Shown here: positions 7,430-18,180 of the stretch, one piece after another
Position numbering within the stretch: position 1 is the stretch's first letter
Layout of the letters: every line of letters starts with the position of its first letter
From: a virus
DNA length: 53,614 nt
Virus record (IMG/VR): IMGVR_UViG_3300024346_000015
Location: 1-53,614 of that record
Reading direction: 5' to 3' (one strand)
The notes under the pieces: model-generated
Told to the model about the DNA's origin: nothing
The model's input: only the letters and a program-made list of their open reading frames with translations
Databases searched by the model: none
Translations under genes and position numbers: made by a program

Positions 7430-8458
7430 TTACTTAATAGTTTTTTTGATAGCGTTAACGTATGCGTCCATTGAACTTGAGATCTCTACGGTTTGATCCG
7501 CGTCTTCTACAATCTGTTCAACTTCTGCGTTATCAACAGGTTCTTTAGCGAAGTGTGACTCGATTACGATACCTACTTTAGACGCGAATGTTTCTTCGTC
7601 AAAGTCGATTCCTTCGATAAGTCCTTTTAACTTCTCTACTTGGGTGTCAGCAAGACCACGAGATGCTTCAGCGATGATTGCATCACGCTTCAATACTTCG
7701 AGTTCTTCGCTTAACTTAATTGCGTCACCAGTAGTTGAGTTAAGTTTTTCTTCCAACTCAGTTACTTGTTCTGCAAGTTCGTCAACTAGGTCAACTTTTG
7801 CTTCAGGGACATCGATGTAAGATTCTACGAATAGATCTTTCATTTTACCCATGAATGATTCAGCGATTTCAGTACGGAGACCGTTCTGTACCGCAACCTT
7901 GTTTTCTTCCATCCAAGATTCAACAACGTAATTCATGTAAGAATCTACTTTCTCAACAAGATCAGCTTTAACAGCAGATACTTCTTCAGACAGTTCTTCT
8001 TTGTACTGCTCTTCTAAACGATCAACTTCTTCGCTTAACTTAGAACGGACAGCAGCTTCAAAAATTACAGCAGTCTTCTCTTTAAACTCTTCTGAAAGAG
8101 TGGCTTCAGATTCTACCAACGCATCCAACTCTGAAGTTGTATCGATAGATTCTGCAACAGACTCTGCCACCTTACCTTTGCCGAACATAGTGTCGTATGC
8201 AGCTTGCAGTTCACCTTTCTTCATTTTAGAAGCGGTGACATACATTGCATTCAACAGACCGGCTTTGGTCTTAGGTGCGGGTGCCTGATTTGTTGCGCCA
8301 GCAGCTTTATCGACAGATGCGAGAGATTCTGGTTCCGTTACCGGAGTATCATCTTTGGCTTCTACGACTTCTGCTTGTGCTTCTTCGAGAGTTTCCTCCA
8401 CAATGTCGTTAATTTCTTCATCGTGAAGTTCAACTTCGACTTTACTTTCTTCAGTCAT
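7430..8458 (-). CDS. gp22: Prohead core scaffold protein gp22
   Basis: LSEEFKEK...IFEAAV, WMEENKVAV..GLRTEIAESF; acidic coiled coil; synteny. Confidence 0.96.
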   Translation of the reverse strand: MTEESKVEVELHDEEINDIVEETLEEAQAEVVEAKDDTPVTEPESLASVDKAAGATNQAPAPKTKAGLLNAMYVTASKMKKGELQAAYDTMFGKGKVAESVAESIDTTSELDALVESEATLSEEFKEKTAVIFEAAVRSKLSEEVDRLEEQYKEELSEEVSAVKADLVEKVDSYMNYVVESWMEENKVAVQNGLRTEIAESFMGKMKDLFVESYIDVPEAKVDLVDELAEQVTELEEKLNSTTGDAIKLSEELEVLKRDAIIAEASRGLADTQVEKLKGLIEGIDFDEETFASKVGIVIESHFAKEPVDNAEVEQIVEDADQTVEISSSMDAYVNAIKKTIK

Positions 8459-8468
8459 AATTGACTCC

Positions 8469-9128
8469 TTACATATTAGATTTGATTAACGAGAGGAAAT
8501 TCTTAAACTCCCGAATCTGCACTTCGGATTGAAATGCTTTCGGTGCGGTTTTAATTTCTGTCTCCATATCTTCAATAATCTGGGGTTCCAAAATGCCGTT
8601 ATTCCAGACCCAATCCACACCTTCCATAATTCCATTGACAAAAGCGTCAGGTGCTGAGGGGTCTTGTACGATATCTACCGTACTAAGAATAAAGTCGTCT
8701 TTGACATACATTGCGCCATTTCTTTGTTCCAGACTTCCCATTCCACGAGTTGACACACCCAATTGTACACCACCATCAAGGAGACCTTTAACAATCTTAC
8801 CCATTGGAGTATCCAATATTTGTGCCTTTCCTACCACATCATTACCTTCGAAACGAAGATCAGTGATGAGGTGAGAAACTTTATCCAAGTTAACCGTAGG
8901 GCCTTCAGGGTGATTCAATTCACCTACCGCACGTTTCTTGCTAACTTGGGTTTCAACGTATGCATTTACTGCCTTCTCCATAATTGGTTTAGGGTAAATA
9001 CGTCCGTTTCTATTCTTTGATTCTGTTTGAATGAAGATTCCTTCAATGACGTAATTCTTCTCGCCATTTTCTTTCTTCTCTACGATACACTCAAGATCGT
9101 TTTCTTTAAATTCGCTAATTAACTTCAT
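8469..9128 (-). CDS. gp21: Prohead protease gp21
   Basis: NRNGRIYP, GELNHP, LGVSTRGMGSL, DIVQDPSAPDAFV. Confidence 0.98.
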   Translation of the reverse strand: MKLISEFKENDLECIVEKKENGEKNYVIEGIFIQTESKNRNGRIYPKPIMEKAVNAYVETQVSKKRAVGELNHPEGPTVNLDKVSHLITDLRFEGNDVVGKAQILDTPMGKIVKGLLDGGVQLGVSTRGMGSLEQRNGAMYVKDDFILSTVDIVQDPSAPDAFVNGIMEGVDWVWNNGILEPQIIEDMETEIKTAPKAFQSEVQIREFKNFLSLIKSNM

Positions 9129-9349
9129 TAGAGTTTACCACCTAGTGCTTTGACAGTTGAGACTAAAGTCTTCATTGCTTCCGACTGCGTCTTGAATACA
9201 TCTAACTTGTCACCGTCTATATACACGCAGTAACCTTTTGGTTCTTTTACAATAACTACCGGAACCTTTACAGACCCTTTAGTCTTCGCAGAGTACACGG
9301 TTTCACCCTTATACTTCTTTGCTTCGCGGATCTGTTTAAATGTTTTCAC
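9128..9349 (-). CDS. Small basic prohead core protein (gp68 position)
   Basis: MKTFKQIRE start; synteny between the gp67-like gene and g21; own late promoter. Confidence 0.65.
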   Translation of the reverse strand: MKTFKQIREAKKYKGETVYSAKTKGSVKVPVVIVKEPKGYCVYIDGDKLDVFKTQSEAMKTLVSTVKALGGKL

Positions 9350-9375
9350 TATAAGTTTTTCCCTGTTTGTACATT

Positions 9376-9383
9376 TATTTATA
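9376..9383 (-). promoter_or_regulatory. T4-type late promoter
   Basis: TATAAATA upstream of the gp68-like/g21/g22/g23 unit. Confidence 0.85.
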
Positions 9384-9412
9384 CAAAAAAAGTTTTTTAG
9401 ATCGAATTATTA

Positions 9413-9721
9413 TTAAGAAAGTTCGTCTTCTTCTTCTTCTTCGACTTCGTCTTCTTCCGACTCATCTTCATCTTCGAGGTCTAATTCTAACTCTTCTATC
9501 TCTTCTTCTTCTGGTGCATCATTAAAGATAGTATCGGCTACCGCAACCTTCTCGGCATCCATAGCATCTTGCATCTTACTACCCAACATATCGTTGAATA
9601 GATCTCCAGCATTATTAAAGTTAGATGCCTGAATCGCATCGACAAACTGATTTAGGTTCAGTTCCATTTGCGTAGGTTCTTGTACTTCAGTTGTTTCTGT
9701 ATCACTCATGATTTTCTCCAA
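9413..9721 (-). CDS. gp67: Prohead core protein gp67-like
   Basis: Small protein with very acidic C-terminus directly after the portal gene; true start may be the internal Met (MSDTE). Confidence 0.75.
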   Translation of the reverse strand: MEKIMSDTETTEVQEPTQMELNLNQFVDAIQASNFNNAGDLFNDMLGSKMQDAMDAEKVAVADTIFNDAPEEEEIEELELDLEDEDESEEDEVEEEEEDELS

Positions 9722-11224
9722 TTAAAATTCGTCTTCATTTCCGGTCTCTGCATTAGATTCAATTGCGATCTGTTTCAAGATAGTCTCAACTTCATCTTCT
9801 TGCATTTGTAACACGTTCTTCCATACCCACTCTTTAGAGAAGTACTCACCAACATACTGAGATACTTGATCCATAGTCTGGAGACGTTCTCTAAGTACTT
9901 CTGCTTCCTTCAGTTCGGTGAAGTGGTTGTCACGTATATAGTCAACCGTGATATCATTCTTCCACTCTTCCCAATCCAACTCAGTGATAATACCTTTAAG
10001 TATTAACTGTTTACGAAGGATATTTAGGAACAACGTTGCGAAGCGTTTTCGCAGACGATCAATAAACTTCTGGAACTTAACTTCGTCTCTGTTGATCTCT
10101 GTTGAACGACCTAAAGAGAACTGAGCCTCTTGTTCTAAACGCGACAGAGGAACATTCAAAGATCTATATAGTCGTTTCTGAAAGTATACAATATCATCGA
10201 TCTGTCCAAGATTCTCACCGCCAGGCAGTGTAGAGATCTCAGTACCACGACCACCTTCTTTACGTGGTAACCAGAAGTCTTCCAACATAGACATATGTTT
10301 ACGGTCATCTTTCAATTGACCCGTGTTCGCATCGTATACCAACTTGTTACGGTAACGAGCCATGATGTCTTTCATGTGTTTCTCTGCCTTCTGTGGAGGC
10401 AAGTTACCCACATCTATGTAAAAGATTCTACGTTCAGGCGCACGTGCGAGACGGTAGATTACCAATGAATCTTCCATCATACGCAATTGGTTAATTGGTT
10501 TGATTGCCTTGTGTAGGAATGATACTACACGTTTTCTAGAAGGATCCAACAGACCAGACGTAACATAGGATACTGAATCCGGACTTAACTTAACACCAGA
10601 CTGCGTACCAGATTTCTCTTGATAGATGTAAAACTCTTCGGTCTTCTCTACAATCTTTGCGTTAGTGGATGGGTCTTTCTTATACTTTACCTCACGAACC
10701 TTACGTACCTTTGCAGCATCGATGGGACGGATCTCTTGGATACCAGCCTTCATATTAGATTCGTTTACCACCAAGTGGTGATACAAACGACCATCTACAT
10801 ACCACGAACGGAACATGTCGTGACCTAACTCATTGAAGTTCAACATCGCGCAGATGCCGTCAAACTCTTCAATGATGTTCTTCTTAATCTTATCGGATGC
10901 TTTTACCTTATCGAGATCCAGACCAACCGGAGATTCCATTTCTGAACCAGAGATAGACTCGTTGATAATATCTTCGATAGCAGCATCGACTTCAGGATGT
11001 TGTGCAACACCCCTATACTTTTGAATTTGTTGTGTGTTGTCCTTAGAGTCCGCACCGTCCATATCAATATATGCACCGAAGTGTGAACCACTGGCAGTAA
11101 CGTACCCAGCACCATCGGGATCAGCCGTTGGTACAATAGAAGGTAGTTTTTCTTTGTCCTTTTCTTTGGTCGCTCTCTTTATTTCAAAACCAAAGAGTTT
11201 TAGACCGTTATTGTCTTCTGCCAT
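9722..11224 (-). CDS. gp20: Portal protein gp20
   Basis: FRSWYVDGR, RAPERRIFYIDVGNLP, EDFWLPRKEGGRGTEISTLPGG. Confidence 0.99.
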   Translation of the reverse strand: MAEDNNGLKLFGFEIKRATKEKDKEKLPSIVPTADPDGAGYVTASGSHFGAYIDMDGADSKDNTQQIQKYRGVAQHPEVDAAIEDIINESISGSEMESPVGLDLDKVKASDKIKKNIIEEFDGICAMLNFNELGHDMFRSWYVDGRLYHHLVVNESNMKAGIQEIRPIDAAKVRKVREVKYKKDPSTNAKIVEKTEEFYIYQEKSGTQSGVKLSPDSVSYVTSGLLDPSRKRVVSFLHKAIKPINQLRMMEDSLVIYRLARAPERRIFYIDVGNLPPQKAEKHMKDIMARYRNKLVYDANTGQLKDDRKHMSMLEDFWLPRKEGGRGTEISTLPGGENLGQIDDIVYFQKRLYRSLNVPLSRLEQEAQFSLGRSTEINRDEVKFQKFIDRLRKRFATLFLNILRKQLILKGIITELDWEEWKNDITVDYIRDNHFTELKEAEVLRERLQTMDQVSQYVGEYFSKEWVWKNVLQMQEDEVETILKQIAIESNAETGNEDEF

Positions 11225-11247
11225 TTAAAACCTCAAAACTGAATAGT

Positions 11248-11281
11248 AAAATGGAAGAGGAGACAATTCCCCCCTTCCATT
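11248..11281 (-). terminator. Terminator-like hairpin between g19 and g20
   Basis: Minus strand AATGGAAGGGGGGA-ATTG-TCTCCTCTTCCATT followed by a short T run; could attenuate portal expression. Confidence 0.7.
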
Positions 11282-11298
11282 CATTACTTATACTAGAA

Positions 11299-11826
11299 TT
11301 AACTAGTAGTATTTGATTCCCAATATTGGATAGCAAATTCTACAGTGAACTCTTCGATCGTATCATTAGTCTCGTAAGACAATGCGATCTCCGACACATT
11401 AGTCGGGAAACAACCACGGAAGTTGTATGTTTTCAATACATCTCCATTGCGGTCTAATTGATCAACTGACAGATCAGCTTCGTAATCTACAGGGTTAGAC
11501 AAACCAGTATTTGCAGCATGTGCATTAATACCATTCATCCAACGCTCCATAGCGTCACGAACACTAAAGTCTGTGTCGTTGATTACAGTTACAGTCCAGT
11601 TAGCGAAAGTACGATCGCCCGCAATCTTCAATTGGCGTCCACGGAACGGAACAGTTACCAGTGCCATTTCTGACACAGGTAATGCCGCTGTCTTACACAG
11701 GAAGGATGCAAGTTCTACATCTCCACCAGCGTAAGCAGGGAAGTTCAATGTTGCCTTGAAGAGATTGGGTCGCGCACCGCCACCACGGAGTTTTGACTTA
11801 AAGTCATCTACACCTAATACAGCCAT
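11299..11826 (-). CDS. gp19: Tail tube protein gp19
   Basis: GGARPNLF, FRGRQLKIAGDRTF..WTVTVINDTDF, QLDRNG. Confidence 0.98.
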   Translation of the reverse strand: MAVLGVDDFKSKLRGGGARPNLFKATLNFPAYAGGDVELASFLCKTAALPVSEMALVTVPFRGRQLKIAGDRTFANWTVTVINDTDFSVRDAMERWMNGINAHAANTGLSNPVDYEADLSVDQLDRNGDVLKTYNFRGCFPTNVSEIALSYETNDTIEEFTVEFAIQYWESNTTS

Positions 11827-11839
11827 TTCTTATCTCCCC

Positions 11840-13624
11840 TTATACCGTGCCAACTACTTCGTCAAACTCAACACCAGTTCTAACTGCAACGAAATTCAAC
11901 GTTACGAAGTTAATAGAACGAGCGGGTTTGATGAAGATTGAAGCGATAAATTCATTTCTATCAATGACAGCCGGTGTGTTGTTTGTTTCGTCACAAACGA
12001 CACGGAAGTCAGTGATACCTCTTCGACCCTGTACTTCACGGAGTAAAGGTTCTACGATGTTTGTAAACTCTGCACGAGTAAACTCGTCATTGAATTCAAA
12101 CATTACGTTCTTGGCAGCAAGAGCAATTTGACGTTCAAGAACAAGGAACAATCTACGAACGTTAATTCGATCGAATGCACTTGGACGTGATTCAAAGGTC
12201 TTGTCACCGAACAGGATAACACCAGCGCCTGGAATGTTGGCGATTGGGTTAACACCTGCTTTGTACAGAGTATCTCTCTGAGTCTTGTTAGGGTTAGATA
12301 GAATGTCTGTTACACCCAAGTAGTTACCACGTCTCTGTCCAGCAGGAGAGAACCACGGTGCAGCTACTGCGTCAGTACCAGCGAATAGACCGGCGGTACC
12401 AGCGTTAGCTGGGATTTGGATGTATTGATCGTTATACTTGTCATATACCTTGAACCAGTTGTTATCAACAACAAGGTAAGATGAACGAGTACAACCACTC
12501 GCAAACGAAGTTGTGCTAGTTACAGGAGTAGTACCTGTAATTGCAGCCTTATCGGGGGAAGTAGTTACAACACAATCTTTACGTCCTTTAGCGATTGCAA
12601 CAAGATCATTTACAACGGTGTTACCGTCAGTCTTGTTAGCGTGAGCAGGAGCAATCAACATGTCCACTTGTACAGTCTCAACGTCTTCGAACAGATCAAA
12701 ACCAGTAGAGTATTCACCAGTGCCGATAGCAGAACCATCTGTTCCTCGACCCAAAGTAACAAGACTCTTTGCGTTTGTCCAGCCTGCCAGAGGTACAGCG
12801 TAATCCTGAGCAGAATCGACAGAAGCGGTTTCTCCGATCAAGTGTCCAAAGTTATCGTGTGCCGAACCAAATGCAGAATCGTCACCGAAGTAACTGTTCC
12901 AAATGTAGTTAGACTTATTGTTGATAACGTCTGAGATGTAGTTCGGGGTTCCATCTGGAGTCGAAGCACCTTTCAGCATAGATACGTGTGGGAATGTTTC
13001 TAGAACAGTTCCTTTAGTACCAGAGATTGCACCAGTACGATCGACAACAGCAACGTGCATTTCATCATTAGTTGATGATTCGTTGATGCTTGACAAGTAC
13101 GGTGAAGTTCCCGCAGATTGGTCGAACGCGCCTGCGTAATCCCAAGCACCAAATGCAGAATCGCCAGCAGGACAGAAGGCAACCGCTAATGCGTTACCTA
13201 ACTCGCCAGGGTACTTAGCGACAAAAGAACCAGTGTTCGATGTTCCGACTACGCCTAGGTTCAATGTGTCGAAATGATCACGGTTGCGGATCTGAAGAAC
13301 CATACCGGAACTATCAACACCTTCGATACCTACTACATGAGAAGAACTTGCATTGAAGGCAGAGTCTGTTGCTTCACGTACAACGTAAAGTGAGTTTGAA
13401 TATTTTAAGAACGATGCAGCAGATATAAAATCTACGGCATTACTTGTGTCGGGTGCAGCGAAGACGCTTACTAGACCAGATTCATCTGCTACTAGTGTGC
13501 GTTCTTGTACAGGCCCCCAACGAAATTTCCCTACAAAGGCGCCAGTCGATGACGTTACACTGGGTACTACACCAGTGAGATCAATCTCTTTGACTACAAT
13601 TGCGGGAGAAGCTGATGTTGCCAT
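11840..13624 (-). CDS. gp18: Tail sheath protein gp18
   Basis: SPAIVVKEIDLT, FRWGPV, PWFSPAG..RG, SAFDRINVRRLF, IKPARSINF. Confidence 0.99.
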   Translation of the reverse strand: MATSASPAIVVKEIDLTGVVPSVTSSTGAFVGKFRWGPVQERTLVADESGLVSVFAAPDTSNAVDFISAASFLKYSNSLYVVREATDSAFNASSSHVVGIEGVDSSGMVLQIRNRDHFDTLNLGVVGTSNTGSFVAKYPGELGNALAVAFCPAGDSAFGAWDYAGAFDQSAGTSPYLSSINESSTNDEMHVAVVDRTGAISGTKGTVLETFPHVSMLKGASTPDGTPNYISDVINNKSNYIWNSYFGDDSAFGSAHDNFGHLIGETASVDSAQDYAVPLAGWTNAKSLVTLGRGTDGSAIGTGEYSTGFDLFEDVETVQVDMLIAPAHANKTDGNTVVNDLVAIAKGRKDCVVTTSPDKAAITGTTPVTSTTSFASGCTRSSYLVVDNNWFKVYDKYNDQYIQIPANAGTAGLFAGTDAVAAPWFSPAGQRRGNYLGVTDILSNPNKTQRDTLYKAGVNPIANIPGAGVILFGDKTFESRPSAFDRINVRRLFLVLERQIALAAKNVMFEFNDEFTRAEFTNIVEPLLREVQGRRGITDFRVVCDETNNTPAVIDRNEFIASIFIKPARSINFVTLNFVAVRTGVEFDEVVGTV

Positions 13625-13690
13625 AACTTTTTCCTTTTTTCGGTTTGCGAATTATAAGTTTGCATGATACGATTTTTTCTTCAATACCTT

Positions 13691-13698
13691 TATTTATA
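13691..13698 (-). promoter_or_regulatory. T4-type late promoter for g18
   Basis: TATAAATA in the g17-g18 gap. Confidence 0.85.
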
Positions 13699-13710
13699 CA
13701 TTCCGGTATT

Positions 13711-15345
13711 TCACCAATCTTGCACACCTACTGTACCATGCGTCCTGTGCATCCAATCTTCCATATCCTCACCATCTAATCTCTGAGACTCTTCATGTTC
13801 GATATAATCTGTCCCGTCATCGATAAATCCGGCTGGGGGAACATCGTTTTCTATTTGTCTCATCTGTTCCTCAAACATCATCTCTTTTAGATTGATGTCT
13901 GTCATATCAGCAAAGAACTGTGTGGACACAAAGTACCCAAACATTACTAGATTCATCATCAAGTCATCATGGTTACCGTCACTCGCCTCGTATGATTGTC
14001 CTTTACCTACGAAGGTTGATATCTCCAAGATGGTATTCTCATCTACGATGTCTAGTTTCTTCTCTTCAAGAATATCCTTGATTGCGGTACAACCTAGACG
14101 TTTAGTCTTGCGGGTCATCTCAATACCAATAGAGTCCGACTTTACCGCAGATGATACAAACACATTCTCGTATTCTAGATCATAGTATAACCCGTTACAT
14201 ACGACCGTACCTTGATCATTCGACTCAATTACCACATAGGCTTCATTGTAGAGATTCGAATACTTATATATAATATTAGGAAAAAGCACAGGCGAAATAG
14301 AATTATTGCGATAGACGGCGACCTGTTTAAAAGGTTTCACGCTAATGTCGATAACGTTAAACGTAGAATAGTCCTGTCCTCTTCCCTTCGATACATCGAC
14401 ACATACAAGGTATTCATGTCCTTTTTGTGGCTTATCGTAAACTAGGAAGTCTCCCCCATTGAGATAGTCTATGGGGTTAGATGCACGTAGTGACAGAAGA
14501 GTCTCTGCGTTAATTAGGGTATCACCTGTTCCGAAGAAGGTGTTACCAAATTCTTGATCGAACTGAAGTTGTGACGTGTTCGCTACTGTCTGTCGTTTCC
14601 ATTCTTCGTCCCTGCCTGGCACATCATGCCAGTTGACCTCAAATGGTTTAAAATCATTTACGCCTTGTTTCGCACCCGTCCAGATTTTTTCGAAGGGATT
14701 CCCAATACCGTTCGCAGTAGACGTGATAATGACTTTAGTATCCCGACCGGCTGATACCACAGGATATGTAGAAGTATAGAATTCATTTGCTCTTTCCACA
14801 AACGCAAACTCATCAAGAAACAAGAGGTTGACAGACATACCACGAATAGAACTGCCTGAAGTGGCAGCTGCAATAATTCTAGAGTTATTACTAAACTCAA
14901 TACTACCTTTATTGAGTGCTTTACAACCTGGCTGTAAAAAGAACGGTAAGTTTTCCAATGCGAGCGTAACACGACCTAACATCTCCCTTGCAGTTGCGCC
15001 TTTGTTTGCTAGAACTGCAATTGTTTTTTCCGGATGAAATATCGCGTACCATAGAATGTAAACCACAGACGAAATACTTTTACCCGACTGACGGCAAGCA
15101 AGCACTACGCAGAAACGATTATCGTTAAAGTGGTTAAACATATTCTCTTGATATGGATACAAGTTAAAGTTAACTAGTCCATCATCAAGCGAGATAATTT
15201 TAACATAGGTGCGAGCAAAATACGCTGGGTCATTCATGCACCGTGCGTACTCTCTTACCGACTCCTCTGTCCACTCCTCTGCAACCCCATCCTTCTTTAC
15301 ATTAGGATTGCCTAGGTAGCTATTCTTCTCTGCTGGATTCACCAT
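13711..15345 (-). CDS. gp17: Terminase large subunit gp17
   Basis: YLGNPN, RQSGKS Walker A, FLDEFAF Walker B, ITSTANG, HDDLMM. Confidence 0.99.
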   Translation of the reverse strand: MVNPAEKNSYLGNPNVKKDGVAEEWTEESVREYARCMNDPAYFARTYVKIISLDDGLVNFNLYPYQENMFNHFNDNRFCVVLACRQSGKSISSVVYILWYAIFHPEKTIAVLANKGATAREMLGRVTLALENLPFFLQPGCKALNKGSIEFSNNSRIIAAATSGSSIRGMSVNLLFLDEFAFVERANEFYTSTYPVVSAGRDTKVIITSTANGIGNPFEKIWTGAKQGVNDFKPFEVNWHDVPGRDEEWKRQTVANTSQLQFDQEFGNTFFGTGDTLINAETLLSLRASNPIDYLNGGDFLVYDKPQKGHEYLVCVDVSKGRGQDYSTFNVIDISVKPFKQVAVYRNNSISPVLFPNIIYKYSNLYNEAYVVIESNDQGTVVCNGLYYDLEYENVFVSSAVKSDSIGIEMTRKTKRLGCTAIKDILEEKKLDIVDENTILEISTFVGKGQSYEASDGNHDDLMMNLVMFGYFVSTQFFADMTDINLKEMMFEEQMRQIENDVPPAGFIDDGTDYIEHEESQRLDGEDMEDWMHRTHGTVGVQDW

Positions 15346-15667
15346 TTATCACCTTTGGTTCATTATGAAGTATTCTTTGCAGATCAGTTGTAGAACCTAT
15401 GAACACATTGTTGTTGGTAGTACCACCTTCAATCTGTTTAGGTTCCTGTTTAATGTCCTTGTTCTTTTTGTTCAAGTCCATCAGTTTATCGTTTACGTCC
15501 GAAATGTTCTTTATCATTCCGGATAACACTTCAAATGCACGGGGGTGTTCTGACTCCCGTGCCACTTCAATCATGAGTTCTAACGACTCTCTACCCTTCT
15601 CGATTAACTCGTAGTAGGTATCACGTGAGTACTCATAATCTGTGTTAACATTCTTATCATCAGCCAT
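15320..15667 (-). CDS. gp16: Terminase small subunit gp16
   Basis: DYEYSR, ESEHPRAFEV, NNNVFIGSTTDLQ. Confidence 0.96.
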   Translation of the reverse strand: MADDKNVNTDYEYSRDTYYELIEKGRESLELMIEVARESEHPRAFEVLSGMIKNISDVNDKLMDLNKKNKDIKQEPKQIEGGTTNNNVFIGSTTDLQRILHNEPKVINGESSREE

Positions 15668-16446
15668 TATTTCTCGATATCATACAGTAGTTCATTAAAC
15701 CCGTAGTCACTGTCAGGCGACACATTAGTGGGACTTGGTGTTATATTTAGTCTTTCGACAAATAAGTCACTGTCGTTGAAACCCTCTTCTTTTAAGAAGA
15801 AGTTTGTGTCAACTTCACGGATGATAGATGATTCTTTCTCTGGGCCATAGAATGACATCTTCATTTCAAAGTCCAGAGTGTATATGATGGTACGTCTTTG
15901 ACCTACCGATCCTTCGAAGTCATCTGAGAAAGTAATACCATTAAGTATAATTGGTACGTCCTCAACAATCTCTGTGTAATCAGTAAATGGTTTTATCGAC
16001 AAAGTATATTGTGGGTTGAAATAAGGTATAACCTGTTCGACTATCTGTAACGCATCATCTTGAGATTTTGCATATACGTTCAACTGAAATCCCATTGTGT
16101 AGGGAACAGATGTATAGAATCTTTTCTTCTTACTAACGTCAGTACCGGATCTGGCAAACTTGTTTACCTTGGGTAACTGTCTCTCCGCATCATATGCCAA
16201 GTTAGTTATCTCGAACGACATACGTGGTAACTTGATGGCTACCCTACGTTCTGCGTCCTCACCCTGTTGCATTTCTTGCAGACGTTCTATAAAGGATCTC
16301 TTAGGTGCATACGATAGGGGAACCTTGACTTGAGAGATAGTCTCTCCGGCAGAGTTCTGTCGCAACACATGAAGATTATTAAATATAGAACCGAATACCG
16401 ATACGGCAGTACGAACTCTCTTGTTATAAAACCAAGATCCAAACAT
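15667..16446 (-). CDS. gp15: Tail sheath stabiliser/completion protein gp15
   Basis: FGSIFNNL, KVPLSYAPK, LPRMSFE, QIVEQVIPYFNP. Confidence 0.97.
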   Translation of the reverse strand: MFGSWFYNKRVRTAVSVFGSIFNNLHVLRQNSAGETISQVKVPLSYAPKRSFIERLQEMQQGEDAERRVAIKLPRMSFEITNLAYDAERQLPKVNKFARSGTDVSKKKRFYTSVPYTMGFQLNVYAKSQDDALQIVEQVIPYFNPQYTLSIKPFTDYTEIVEDVPIILNGITFSDDFEGSVGQRRTIIYTLDFEMKMSFYGPEKESSIIREVDTNFFLKEEGFNDSDLFVERLNITPSPTNVSPDSDYGFNELLYDIEK

Positions 16447-18179
16447 TAGAATGCATCTCCAAATGGATTGGATTCTGAGAAGTCTAGGAAGTCTCCTTCA
16501 AAATCATCAAATATTTTATTCTGGGCTGACTGTTGAATTTGTTGTAGTTCTTCTACAAGTTTCGGAACCCACTCTGCTTCAGACGATACTCCGACTATTG
16601 GCGTAGTGTCAGTGAATGTACGATATTTTCCGTCTGTACTACCCACATGAGCAAGTTGTAATATACGATCACTATCGTTCCAAGAAGTAACTTCACCTTT
16701 GATCGTGTATTCAGTGTTGGTCTGTGTGACAGTTTCACCGACAACGAACCGACCACCGTCTGTAGGTGCATCTATAGTTATTGTTGGGACAGAAGTGTAA
16801 TGTAAACCAGCGTTACCGATATCAACAGAACCGATACCACCGTTGGACAGTACCGCAGTCAATACAGCGTTAGTACCATCAGCACTATTAATCTTAGCGG
16901 TATTAACATCACTATCATACGCAGCAGTTGGGACTACCAAGTCTAAGTTACTGTCAAGTCGGTTATCCAGAATAGTTGCACGATTACCCGCTAAGGCACG
17001 GAACTCATCAATGTAACCATCAAAGATACTATATTCGATACCGTCCGCATTACGTGCAGCCAAACCACCGACTGCATATCCAGTACCATTGATAAGGTCA
17101 TGCGATACAGGTGAAACAGAATCCAAAAGTTCTGAACCATTTAGGTACGCATATAATCGTTTAGGATCTCCACCGGCACTATCGTTATCAACACCAAATA
17201 CAAAGTGGTTCCAACCAGATACAGAGACAGCTGCTGAGGTTAATTCTTTCTGTCCATGTCCATCATTATCATTATAAGAATAGACAAGATTACCCGACTG
17301 ATTAACACCAAACACTTGTTGGTTCTTCAGACTATTGCCACCCGTGTACAACAATGCTTGTTGACCACTTGAGGGTAGATTTCTAACCTTAAAGAATAGT
17401 TCCACACTACCGACATCACTAGTCAATAGATACTGTCGTTCGTCACCGTGACCAAGGAATGCGTGGAAAGATGATGCGCCAAATACGGACTGATTTGAAA
17501 TAACAGGGAAATTCAAGACAGGTGCGGATGTATAACCCGATCCAGATGAATTGACAGTCACTTCACTAATTCTACCTTGATCGTCCAGTACTGGTGTCAA
17601 CGAAGGAAGATTCTGATCACTTGTATTCATTGTAAGTTTATACTGGAACGCACCTTCATACTCAACCGCATCAATAGATGCAATCTCAGTATCAAAGTCT
17701 TCATCACTGTATTCGAATAACTCACACTGCATACGGAATGTAGGTAGGTTACTCAACTGATAGAATGGCGTCTCAGTCTCTACCTTGAGAACCTCGAACA
17801 TAGACTCTGACATAGGCAAGTAAATGACATCACCTTCACGAGGACGGAAACCGTTCTCAGCCAGATTGTCACCCACCATCTTCTTCCAACGTCTACGTGC
17901 GACAACAAAGGTTGCTTGGTCACGTAACTCAATACCGAACTTAGTGAACAAGTCACCCTCTCCATCAAAACCTTCTTGGTTTTCGATGTACATCTCGATC
18001 TTGTAGGCGTCAGAAAAACGTGAGGGGATGTCATCACCAAAGATCTTATCCTTGTTGACGATCTCACGTGGGAGATAGTATACGTCCTCACCATAGAACT
18101 TTAAAGACTCGATTACGATGTCTTCATACAGGTGTTGTTCTGAACGTACCTTTTTGCTTATATATGGATTTGTTGCCAT
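16446..18179 (-). CDS. gp14: Neck protein gp14 with an inserted LamG/ConA-like domain
   Basis: ESLKFYGEDVYYLPRE, FTKFGIELRD, RPREGDVIY, C-terminal DFSESNPFG; insert carries WNHFVF...YLNG...FDGYIDEFR. Confidence 0.95.
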   Translation of the reverse strand: MATNPYISKKVRSEQHLYEDIVIESLKFYGEDVYYLPREIVNKDKIFGDDIPSRFSDAYKIEMYIENQEGFDGEGDLFTKFGIELRDQATFVVARRRWKKMVGDNLAENGFRPREGDVIYLPMSESMFEVLKVETETPFYQLSNLPTFRMQCELFEYSDEDFDTEIASIDAVEYEGAFQYKLTMNTSDQNLPSLTPVLDDQGRISEVTVNSSGSGYTSAPVLNFPVISNQSVFGASSFHAFLGHGDERQYLLTSDVGSVELFFKVRNLPSSGQQALLYTGGNSLKNQQVFGVNQSGNLVYSYNDNDGHGQKELTSAAVSVSGWNHFVFGVDNDSAGGDPKRLYAYLNGSELLDSVSPVSHDLINGTGYAVGGLAARNADGIEYSIFDGYIDEFRALAGNRATILDNRLDSNLDLVVPTAAYDSDVNTAKINSADGTNAVLTAVLSNGGIGSVDIGNAGLHYTSVPTITIDAPTDGGRFVVGETVTQTNTEYTIKGEVTSWNDSDRILQLAHVGSTDGKYRTFTDTTPIVGVSSEAEWVPKLVEELQQIQQSAQNKIFDDFEGDFLDFSESNPFGDAF

Positions 18180-18180
18180 G

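Noticed and set aside
6078-15345. Introns, inteins or homing endonucleases in head and packaging genes
   Set aside because: g17, g18, g20 and g23 are continuous and of normal length
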